DNA of 64,000 nucleotides from Acidobacteriota bacterium (lineage in GTDB: Bacteria; Acidobacteriota; UBA890; WLXD01): the NCBI GenBank assembly GCA_963666055.2, contig CAXWPH010000010.1:32001-96000 (forward strand), written 5' to 3'. Below the pieces are notes generated by a model that did no database searches, had not been told where the DNA came from, and saw only the letters and a list, made by a program, of their open reading frames with translations. The first letter of the stretch is position 1; each line of letters starts with the position of its first letter. Both the position numbers and the translations under genes were made by a program. This document shows positions 51,555 to 59,314 of the stretch, piece after piece.

Positions 51555-53054
51555 CTAGAGGCGCAGGCCACGCGGCACGATCAAGCGCTCGAGGAGATCG
51601 AACGCGCCCTGAACGAACAGCGCAAGCACCGCCGCCGGTATCGCACCCTCGAGAATGAGAGCCGTGTTGTTGAGCCGAATGCCGGCGAGAATTGGCTGAC
51701 CGTACCCGCCGGCGCCGATCAGCGCGCCGAGGGTCGCGGTGCCGACGTTGATTACCGCCGCGGTCTTTATGCCAGCGAGTATCGGTCGCGACGCGAGGGG
51801 TAATTCCACCCGCCACAGGCGTGCACCACGGGGTAACCCGAGGGCATCGGCCGACTCGAGTAGACCCCGCGGGATCGACGTCAGCCCGGTGGCGGTGTTG
51901 CGCACGATCGGCAGAAGACTGTAAAGGAACAGCGCCACAATCGCAGGCGGGGCACCGATACCGAGCGGGGGTATCAAGAACACGAGCAACGCCAGCGAGG
52001 GGATCGTCTGCAGGATCCCGGTGGCGCTGAGGACAAACCGGCCCAACCGCGGCCGACGCGACGCGAGCATCCCGAGAGGCAACGCCACCAGGATCGCCGC
52101 GGCCAGTGAGACGATCACCAAGCCAAGATGATCGAGCGTGTTGTCCCACAGCCGATCTCCGAAGCCAGCGGCGACGCGATCGGCGGCAACCCCGAGTTGG
52201 CGCTGCAAGAAGCGGTTGGCAACGTCGGTCTCGGGTTGGCGCTCGATCTGGGACGCCGCGTTCATTTCAACCATCGAGGCGGTGTCGATGCTGCCCTGTA
52301 ACCGCTCGATCACATCGACCACAGCCGGCCACGACTCGAGCTCCGCACGATAGAGGATGACGGCGCGGTAGTCAGGAAAGTAGTCGCGGTCGTCGGTCAG
52401 GATGCGCAGGTCGTAGTGGCGAATCTCGGCGTCGGTGGAGTACAGGTCGGTCACCTCGAGCTCGCCAGCTTCGAGGGCGCGATAGGCAAGATCGTGGTTG
52501 AGGCCGCGCACGTCGCGGTGCGGAAGAGAATAGCGCGCGCGCAGGCCGGGCCAAGCGTCCTGCCGCTGCATGAACCCTTCCGAGAACCCGAGCTGTAGCT
52601 CCGGGTAGCTTGCCAGGTCGCTGATGGTCTCGATACCCAGCGCATCGGCCACCTGCCGCAGCATGCCGATCGCATACGTGTTGGCGAATCCCAACGGAGC
52701 GCTGATCCGCAGCCCCTCGGCGGTTACCGCTTGGCGGAGCGCCGCGAGGTCGGTCGCTACACGGCCGCCGAAGATCTCCTCGCCGAGCGTGCCCGTGTAC
52801 TCGACATAGGCATCGATCTCGTCAGCCAACAAGGCGTTCCAAAGCACCAGGCTACCGCCGAGCTGACGACGATGCTCGACCCTGGCCCCGGTAGACGCGA
52901 ACGCCCCCGCCATGACCTCGCCCAGGATGACGCTCTCGGTGAAGGCCTTCGAGCCCACCACCACCCCCGGAGCTGCCCCTGCCGATTCGCCACTCGTGCA
53001 CGCCGAGCTCAACAACATCAACGTGAGCGCGCCGCAACCAACGCGGGCGCTCAT
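51555..53054 (-). CDS. Osmoprotectant ABC transporter, fused substrate-binding protein and permease
   Basis: VGSKAFTES.ILGE, YVEYTGT, YFPDY, LQTIPSLALL, IGAGGYG. Confidence 0.92.
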   Translation of the reverse strand: MSARVGCGALTLMLLSSACTSGESAGAAPGVVVGSKAFTESVILGEVMAGAFASTGARVEHRRQLGGSLVLWNALLADEIDAYVEYTGTLGEEIFGGRVATDLAALRQAVTAEGLRISAPLGFANTYAIGMLRQVADALGIETISDLASYPELQLGFSEGFMQRQDAWPGLRARYSLPHRDVRGLNHDLAYRALEAGELEVTDLYSTDAEIRHYDLRILTDDRDYFPDYRAVILYRAELESWPAVVDVIERLQGSIDTASMVEMNAASQIERQPETDVANRFLQRQLGVAADRVAAGFGDRLWDNTLDHLGLVIVSLAAAILVALPLGMLASRRPRLGRFVLSATGILQTIPSLALLVFLIPPLGIGAPPAIVALFLYSLLPIVRNTATGLTSIPRGLLESADALGLPRGARLWRVELPLASRPILAGIKTAAVINVGTATLGALIGAGGYGQPILAGIRLNNTALILEGAIPAAVLALFVQGAFDLLERLIVPRGLRL

Positions 53055-53797
53055 CCAGAGTCCTCGGTGCTCTGAAGATACCGTTGGGCGCGCACGAACG
53101 GTCGCACGAAGTCGTTGGCCGGGGCCGATATGAGGTCGCTGCCGGTGGCCACCTGCTCGATCTTCCCGGCTCGCATCAAGACGACGCTGTCGGCAATGTA
53201 GACAGGCTCGGCGAGATCGTGCGTTACCAGCACGACCGTAGTCTCGAGACGCCGAAAGATGGCGCGTAGATCCTCCTGTAGGTCAGAGCGGATCATCGGA
53301 TCGAGCGCCGCCAGCGGCTCGTCGAGCAGCAGCACCTCGGGCTCCAGCATAAGGGCCCGCATGAGCGAGATGCGTTGCGCCTGACCGCCCGAGAGCTCGG
53401 CGGGGAAGCGCTCGAGCAGCCCCGGCCTCAAGCGAGTGAGCTGTGCCAGTTCGTCCAGCCGCTGGTCAATGCGCGCCGACTCCCACCCGAGGAAGCGAGC
53501 CATCAGCGTGATGTTGTCCGCTGCGCTCAGGTGCGGGAACAGGCCGCCGTCCTGGATCACGTAGCCCATCCGACGCCGTAGCGCTTGCACATTCGACGCG
53601 GTCATGCGCTCGCCGTCGAAACACACCTCACCGGTATCGGGGAACAGGAGCCCGTTCAACAACCGTAGCAGGGTCGACTTGCCGCACCCGCTGGGTCCGA
53701 TGAGCGCCGTGATCTGGCTCTGCGGCAACCTCAGCTCAGTCGCGTGCAGCGCGACGGTGTCACCGAAAGACTTGCTTGCGCCCTTCAGTTCCAGCAT
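53051..53797 (-). CDS. Osmoprotectant ABC transporter ATP-binding protein
   Basis: GPSGCGKST, LSGGQAQR, LLLDEP, VTHD. Confidence 0.95.
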   Translation of the reverse strand: MLELKGASKSFGDTVALHATELRLPQSQITALIGPSGCGKSTLLRLLNGLLFPDTGEVCFDGERMTASNVQALRRRMGYVIQDGGLFPHLSAADNITLMARFLGWESARIDQRLDELAQLTRLRPGLLERFPAELSGGQAQRISLMRALMLEPEVLLLDEPLAALDPMIRSDLQEDLRAIFRRLETTVVLVTHDLAEPVYIADSVVLMRAGKIEQVATGSDLISAPANDFVRPFVRAQRYLQSTEDSG

Positions 53798-53837
53798 CTG
53801 CCAAGCTCATCCATCGCGCCTCACCTGGATCGTATGA

Positions 53838-54311
53838 TCAGTCGTCGCGCACCCAATCGAAACTCGTACGGCATGTCACACAGTAGTATTGCGCCAGGCA
53901 GCCGTAGATCGAGACCGGCTCGGTATCCGCGCTGCCGCAAAAGACGCATGCCACCGTCGGCATGGCGGCGCGGGGAACTACCGGCTGGCGGCGGCGTCCA
54001 CGCCGGTTCGGCAACTCGATCAGCTTACCGCCGGGGCCGACGCCCATCGAACGCGCGTGAGCTCCGGTGAGCATGTGTGCGTGGGCGAGCTCATCCTGGA
54101 TGATCGCCATCGCCGAGATCATGCTGTTGACGGACGGCGCCTTGCGAGCCGCGTAGTAGTAGGCGGGCGCGCTCAGCGGCTCGGTATCGCCCGACACGGT
54201 GACAATGTGGCGCAGCTCGCGCTTGTACTCCTCGGTCATCTCGCTGACCGACTCGATCAGGCCGCCTGCCTGAACCGTCTGTCGAAGAAGCAGATCGGCG
54301 TCGGTGCTCAA
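53838..54311 (-). pseudogene. Deletion fusion of a PaaA-like di-iron subunit N-terminus and a PaaD-like zinc ribbon
   Basis: IESVSEMTEEYK..DTE..KAPS..AIIQDELAHAH joined to CVFCGSADTE..YG..C..YYCVTCRTSFDWV. Confidence 0.7.
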
Positions 54312-54475
54312 AGATACCTTCGGCCGCGATTAGGGGGCGTAGAGTGGCGAGGGGACCGCTGGCCCGGCCCTCAGAATCTACCTTAGAAGGCGCCCGAGAG
54401 GCAGACAAGTTGGGTGACAGCCGCCGATCTCACGCGACCTGCCGAGACCGGCCCCGCGGGCCAATGGTCCACTAG

Positions 54476-54646
54476 CAGGCCGTGGTGAAAGTGTGGTGGG
54501 TCTGGCGACAGGGTCTTGCGAAGTGCAGGCAAGGAGAGAGGAGGAGGCGATGGATACCCCATCGTTGACGAGGAACGACGCAGCATACGCGCGCAACCCC
54601 CTATCGCCCGAAGGGTTACGGCCCACCACACTTCCACCACGGCCTG
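54476..54646 (-). mobile_element. MITE copy 4 (171 bp, inverted, about 100-bp internal deletion)
   Basis: Same terminal IRs; CTAG at 54472-54475 and 54647-54650; one internal hairpin arm missing. Confidence 0.9.
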
Positions 54647-54874
54647 CTAGCGCGCCACCTCGCGATGGGTCGACGAGGGCCCCGGTACGTCCCGACGCAG
54701 ACGCTCTTCGAGCCGCTGGCCGCAGTCTACGCAAACGAGACAGTGGGCCAGAATGGCCACCGCATGGCCGCTCGCCAGCGTCCCGCGCACGTATTGGCGT
54801 AGCTCGATCTCGGCCGGGTGCAACTCGCCCCCAGCACGCAACCTGAGATCGGGGCTGCCTCGGTTGCCGGTCAA
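54647..54874 (-). CDS. Stand-alone zf-HC2 (ZAS) microprotein 2, 75 aa
   Basis: TTG start overlaps the upstream TGA (TTGA); HPAEIELRQYVRGTL..AHCLVCVDC. Confidence 0.6.
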   Translation of the reverse strand: MTGNRGSPDLRLRAGGELHPAEIELRQYVRGTLASGHAVAILAHCLVCVDCGQRLEERLRRDVPGPSSTHREVAR

Positions 54875-55089
54875 TGCGTCGTGCCTGAGGCTGCGTACAC
54901 CTCGCCAAGGCCGACGCTCGGCACGGCCAGCCCGGCAGCCGCTCGCAGCCACAGTAGCGCCCGTGCCTGGCTGCCGCAGGTGTCGCAAACAAGGCAGTGG
55001 ATGTGCAGCAGGTACGCTTCCTCGCGAGCGAGCGATCCGCTCACGAACGCAGCGATATCCAATGCGTCGGGGTGGATCGGGCGATTCAT
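54871..55089 (-). CDS. Stand-alone zf-HC2 (ZAS) microprotein 1, 72 aa
   Basis: GAGAGGA RBS; MNRPIHPDALDIAAFVSGSL..HIHCLVCDTC. Confidence 0.7.
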   Translation of the reverse strand: MNRPIHPDALDIAAFVSGSLAREEAYLLHIHCLVCDTCGSQARALLWLRAAAGLAVPSVGLGEVYAASGTTH

Positions 55090-55239
55090 CAGGGACGTCC
55101 TCTCGATCCAGACCCGCGTCGAGCCAGTCGGACCTGGAAACCGCGTGCGCAGCCACCTGAGCGGCCGCGCACGCGATGGGTCCACAGCGAGTGACCTGTG
55201 GCAGATCCAGCGCAGCATCCGTGGTCAGCACCGCCGAGC

Positions 55240-55817
55240 CGGCGCCTGGCGCTGTCATGGCAGAGCGTGCCCAGGTGTGCACAACTGCCTGATCAGCGTC
55301 GTTCAACACGCCGTTCCAGGCGGCAATGCCGCGGGTCACGGGATCGATACCCAGGGTGCTTGGATACGCAGACAAGCCGAGGAGCGGCAGCACCGCCGGA
55401 TCGACCAGCCGTACCGGCAGGTCGAGGTCATGCGTCGCGAGAAATTCGCGCGTCTCGCGGTCACCGCTGACCGACAGCACATAGATCTCGGGCGCTCGGG
55501 CGCCGAGCTCGGCAACCCTTGCTGCCAAGCTTCGCCATTCCGGCATGTTCTGCTCGCAGAAGGGGCATGTAAGTGCTCAGCACGAACAGCATCAACGGCC
55601 GGTCACGGTCGCTTACCTGCAGCGCGACCTCGTCTCCGGCGAGCGTCCGACCGGGTATGTCGACCGGCGCCGTAACCGGACCGTCGAGTCGCGACGCCTG
55701 TCCGTGTGTAACGTAGTTGTGTTGCACCATCTGGCCCAGCCAGGCGGTCCCGGCAACCAGCGCCAGAACGAACCCAACCTCGGCGATCTTGGCAACCCTG
55801 GACATCGACATCGTCAA
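55240..55817 (-). pseudogene. Membrane-anchored thioredoxin/TlpA-like redoxin (CPFC), +1 frameshift near 55571
   Basis: N-terminal TM segment and GRTLAG..PLMLFVLST in ORF 55461..55817; removing one T gives TCPFCEQNMPEW..GLSAYPSTL..WNGVL. The 3' end is uncertain because no in-frame stop occurs before 54647. Confidence 0.75.
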
Positions 55818-56051
55818 CTAGAGCAGTGCGCAGGTGCTCGAGCCGCCGCCGCCCTCGACGCAGGTCCAAACACACTTACACCCTCGTTTGCGGTATGCCC
55901 CACATTGCTCACAGTCGTTGGCGCACTCTGAGGCGCACGAGCTAGAGTCATGCAAGGCTTCGGCTTGTTCGGCCTGAAACGACAGACCGAAGACCAAGAG
56001 AACAGCCCAGCTGATCAGCAAGACCTTCTTCCAATTGATTGAGCTTCGCAC
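55818..56051 (-). CDS. Secreted 8-cysteine peptide precursor (77 aa)
   Basis: GGAGGA RBS then GTG; Sec-type signal ending AEA; predicted mature peptide LHDSSSCASECANDCEQCGAYRKRGCKCVWTCVEGGGGSSTCALL. Confidence 0.8.
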   Translation of the reverse strand: MRSSINWKKVLLISWAVLLVFGLSFQAEQAEALHDSSSCASECANDCEQCGAYRKRGCKCVWTCVEGGGGSSTCALL

Positions 56052-56101
56052 TGTGCTCCTCCAGGAACTGAGTGACGGGTACCTGTCACAGCGTTCCTGG
56101 G

Positions 56102-56117
56102 GCAAAGTGCATGCCAG
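56102..56117 (-). promoter_or_regulatory. Sigma54 (-24/-12) promoter
   Basis: Minus strand CTGGCATGCACTTTGC = TGGCAY-N5-TTGC with GG-N10-GC spacing, 50 bp upstream of the peptide gene. Confidence 0.8.
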
Positions 56118-56270
56118 CGCCCCATCAAAGCTGGGCGGCCCGGTAAGGCTCGCCTCATCAACGGCTTACGGGCAATCGCCCGGACACCGTCGGGGGGCGA
56201 TCCGGCCCGAGATAACGACGGGCCGCCAGTGGCGCGGGCGTCTGCGCCAGCCGGCCGGCAGGCGCCGGTC

Positions 56271-57128
56271 CTAGTCCAGTTCGAGCAGGAGTTGGCGGAC
56301 GGCTGTCTGTACGAGATCGAGGTCGGATTCCAGAGCGAGATCGGTCGCACCTACCGTGGCCGCTTGGCGCAGGAGCTGTCGGGCTGCGCCGGACCGACCA
56401 GCCTCGAGATGGAGCCGCGCGAGGTAGTAGGCGGTGGTGCGACCGGCCGAGTCCCAATCGGTACGCCCAGGATCGCCTAGTGCCGACAGATGGGTCTCCA
56501 GCGCCTGCCGGGCATCCGGCAGCCGGCTGCCCTCGAAAAACAGCGCCAAGCCGAGCAGGTACGTCCCGGCAGGGTGGTAAGAATCCCCGAACCGATCCAG
56601 GTAACCCGCCGCCTTGCCATAGTCACCACCGGCCAGGGCGCCCACCCCCGCCTGCACAGAAGACAACGTATCCGCGGCCTCGCTGCCCGCCGCGGCCGGG
56701 ACCTCGAGGCCGCTGAGCTGACCCTCGACCAGTGCGATCAGGTTGATGATCTCTACGTCCGCTGCCGTCAGCGCGGCAAACCCGCCCGCGCCGGGCAGCG
56801 AGTCAATCGATCGGTCCGGCGACGCCACCACGTCGCCGTTGTCGACTACCCCCCTCGGTCCAGCGCCCACGCCGAGGCCGACGAGCCAGGCCGACGCACC
56901 GACGAGCAACACGACGCCAGCAGCTGCAGCGACCCATCGAGAGGCGTACCAGGGAACCGACGCCCGCACCGGAGCGGCGCCGCGCAAGAGAATGATGGCG
57001 GCCAGCTGATCGCCGCAATCGCGGCAGGCGAAGCAGTGTTTCCGCACTTCCTCGGCGCGCGCCTCGCTCAGACAGCCCCGAACGTAGGTCACCATGTCCA
57101 ACGGATCCGCGTGCACAATCACCGTCAT
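56271..57128 (-). CDS. Zinc-finger (zf-HC2) transmembrane anti-sigma factor with a helical/TPR-like C-terminal domain
   Basis: HADPLDMVTYVRGCL..KHCFACRDC, TM segment WVAAAAGVVLLVG, TPR-like YLLGLALF and YYLARLHL; ATGA overlap with the sigma gene. Confidence 0.8.
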   Translation of the reverse strand: MTVIVHADPLDMVTYVRGCLSEARAEEVRKHCFACRDCGDQLAAIILLRGAAPVRASVPWYASRWVAAAAGVVLLVGASAWLVGLGVGAGPRGVVDNGDVVASPDRSIDSLPGAGGFAALTAADVEIINLIALVEGQLSGLEVPAAAGSEAADTLSSVQAGVGALAGGDYGKAAGYLDRFGDSYHPAGTYLLGLALFFEGSRLPDARQALETHLSALGDPGRTDWDSAGRTTAYYLARLHLEAGRSGAARQLLRQAATVGATDLALESDLDLVQTAVRQLLLELD

Positions 57129-57685
57129 GTCTCCCAGCCTTCGCCGGACTCCGTTTCCATGCGACGCCCGATCTGCAGCAATGCTGCTTGTAGCCGACTG
57201 TGCACCGTGCTGATCGGAGCTGACTGGATCGCCGCTACCTCGCGTAGCTTCATCGGCGGATCACGCAATACCAACAACTCGAGCACCTCGCGATGAACCG
57301 GCTCCAAGTCGCCTATTAGTCGTAGCGCCACCTCGACAAGATGCCGGCGGGTGCGGGATTCCTCTTCACGAAGCAACGTGCGCAGTGGATCGGAAGAGAT
57401 TTCCTCGCCCGGCACCGGCAGCGGTACCTCGTCGAGCGGTAACAGCCGCCGCCGTTGCTGGAATATCTGCAGAGCCGCCGTGCGAACCGCAGTAAGCACG
57501 TAGTTGTGCGCGTCTTGTTCGCTGCCGAACTTCGGCCGCGCGCGAACCGTGCGAGCGACGGCTTCCTGAACTACCTCCTCGGCGTCCGTCACATTACCCA
57601 TGAGGGACAACGCGTACCCTCTCCAACGATGAAACCGGGCGCGCCACGCTTTTTCGATGTAGCCGTAGGAAGCTGGTTGAGACAC
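57125..57685 (-). CDS. ECF RNA polymerase sigma factor
   Basis: Region 2 DAEEVVQEA..YVLTAVR; region 4 REVLEL..LREVA..ISTVHSRL; AGGAGG upstream of GTG 57685. Confidence 0.88.
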   Translation of the reverse strand: MSQPASYGYIEKAWRARFHRWRGYALSLMGNVTDAEEVVQEAVARTVRARPKFGSEQDAHNYVLTAVRTAALQIFQQRRRLLPLDEVPLPVPGEEISSDPLRTLLREEESRTRRHLVEVALRLIGDLEPVHREVLELLVLRDPPMKLREVAAIQSAPISTVHSRLQAALLQIGRRMETESGEGWET

Positions 57686-57900
57686 AGGCCTGCGATCCTC
57701 CTGGCGCTCGCCGGCACCGACGAGGTAACCATCCTGGTATGGCGGCCGCGACGGCGTCAATGGGTGGCCCGGAAAACCCCAGACGCCTGAGAGCAGATGC
57801 AAAAAACTTCTACAAATACGAGACTCGACAGCCGTACACCTGGTGATTCGACGGGCTCCGCCAGGTACGATCCGTACGGGGGCAGAACTTCGGACGGCTA

Positions 57901-58370
57901 GTGCGACGTACCACAGCTCAGCCTCGGCCGGCTCGGCACAACGAAAGCCGCTTGCTCGGTGGCAGCGATGCGATGTGTCGGGTCCGCGATCAAATCGAGG
58001 TCGCCGCCCAATATACGGAGCCGGCGCTCGTACTCGGCGAGACGGGCGTCGGTAAGGAGCTGGTGGCGCGGCGAATTCACCGTCGTAGCTCCAGATCGCT
58101 CGCCGAGCCAGAGATCGTGAATTGCGCCGGGCTGAGCCCGGACGTGCTTGCCTCGGAGCTGTTCGGTCACCGCCGTGGCGCGTTCACCGGCGCGGATCGC
58201 GATCGCGCCGGCCGCATCAGGGCCGCCGACGGCTCGACCTTGATCCTGGATGAAATCAGCGCAGCGCCCCCGTCACTTCAGGCCACCGTGTTGCGCGCGG
58301 TGGAATACGGCGAGGTCCAGCCAGTCGGATCCGATTCCGTCTTCCAAGTCGACGTGCGATTCGTCTGGTC
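57901..58370 (+). pseudogene. Sigma54 enhancer-binding protein (AAA+ only, no N-terminal sensor), C-terminally truncated
   Basis: GETGVGKE, VNCA, SELFGHRRGAFTGA, LILDEI, VDVRFV, after which similarity is lost (no ATN, R-finger or HTH). Confidence 0.88.
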
Positions 58371-58415
58371 AAGTACCGGATACAGGCGCCCGCCCGCGGA
58401 CGCGCCGCCCGCTAG

Positions 58416-58686
58416 CAGGCCGTGGCAGAAGTGTGGCGGGCCTGGTTACGACGAGTTGGGGCCAGATGGAAGGCGGCCTGACACTGGCGATGCCCTAGCC
58501 ATCGTCGAGGAAGGCCAACGCCACAGATGGCCCCAAATCGTCGTAACCCTTCGGGCGATAGGGGGTTGCGCGCATATGCTACGTCGTTCCTCGTCAACGA
58601 TGGGGTATCCATCGCCTCCTCCTCTCTCCTTGCCTCCGCCCCGCAAGACCCGGCCGCCAGGCCCGCCACACTTCCGCCACGGCCTG
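58416..58686 (+). mobile_element. MITE copy 5 (271 bp, CTAG target duplication)
   Basis: Same internal sequence as copies 1 and 2; CTAG at 58412-58415 and 58687-58690. Confidence 0.92.
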
Positions 58687-58831
58687 CTAGGGGCAATCGC
58701 CCCGCTGGCGAAGGGATCCAGCCAAGGATCTCGGAAAAACGGCAGCAACCAGCTTCCTCCTAGCGAAAGCTGTGTTTTCCGGGTGGTTCTCTGTCGAGCG
58801 AAGTATCCAAACTGCAACGAGCGGAGCAATC

Positions 58832-59314
58832 ATGCAGGTCTCGTCAGAGGGTGGACGACCGTCGGGACGCGAGGTGGCGGAGCTTGCACGTGTGCACATA
58901 GAGCGCCACTACGCATCGGCTGTCGGATGCGGCACTACCAGCATCGCGACACTGCTGGGAGTCTCCTCGTCGCTGCTGTGCCATCGATATCGCGCTGCCT
59001 ACGGGGTGACGATCGGCCAGCACGTTCGTAGGCTGCGCATCGGCAAGGCGCGTGAGTTGCTGAGCTCGCGATCTGGCCAGCTGATCAAGGAAGTCGCAGC
59101 CGACGTGGGCTACTGTCGGCAGTCATACCGTACGTTCCTTAACGCCTTCCGGGCGGAAACCGGTATGCCGCCGAGCCGTTACCAGCGCCAGGCGCTCGCC
59201 CCGATTCAGGCCACACCGATCGAGGTAGAGGTGCCGCAGCAGCGCCCGGATCAAGCTCGCTCCGCAAACCTGACGCACCGCCTCACACCAGCATCGACGC
59301 CCCGATTCAGGTAG
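58832..59314 (+). CDS. Stand-alone AraC-family HTH regulator
   Basis: IATLLGVSSSLL..LRIGKARELL..IKEVAADVGY..FRAETGMPPSRY; no sensor domain. Confidence 0.85.
   Translation: MQVSSEGGRPSGREVAELARVHIERHYASAVGCGTTSIATLLGVSSSLLCHRYRAAYGVTIGQHVRRLRIGKARELLSSRSGQLIKEVAADVGYCRQSYRTFLNAFRAETGMPPSRYQRQALAPIQATPIEVEVPQQRPDQARSANLTHRLTPASTPRFR

Noticed and set aside
54647-55546. 299-aa ORF as a single redoxin-ZAS fusion protein
   Set aside because: Its middle overlaps the better-supported ZAS1 ORF in another frame and reads as low-complexity Arg/Ala; two separate genes are more likely.
55818-56051. Peptide as a ranthipeptide, sactipeptide or bufferin RiPP
   Set aside because: No radical SAM/SPASM, DUF692 or other maturase nearby (MoaA is 45 kb away and is a housekeeping enzyme); a Sec signal plus redoxin favours disulfides. 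A maturase acting in trans cannot be excluded.
23881-58686. Repeats as a CRISPR array
   Set aside because: Copies are long, dispersed and IR-bounded; there is no repeat-spacer periodicity and no cas gene.
57901-59031. 376-aa full-length sigma54 activator
   Set aside because: Everything after VDVRFV is read-through into the MITE and intergenic DNA.
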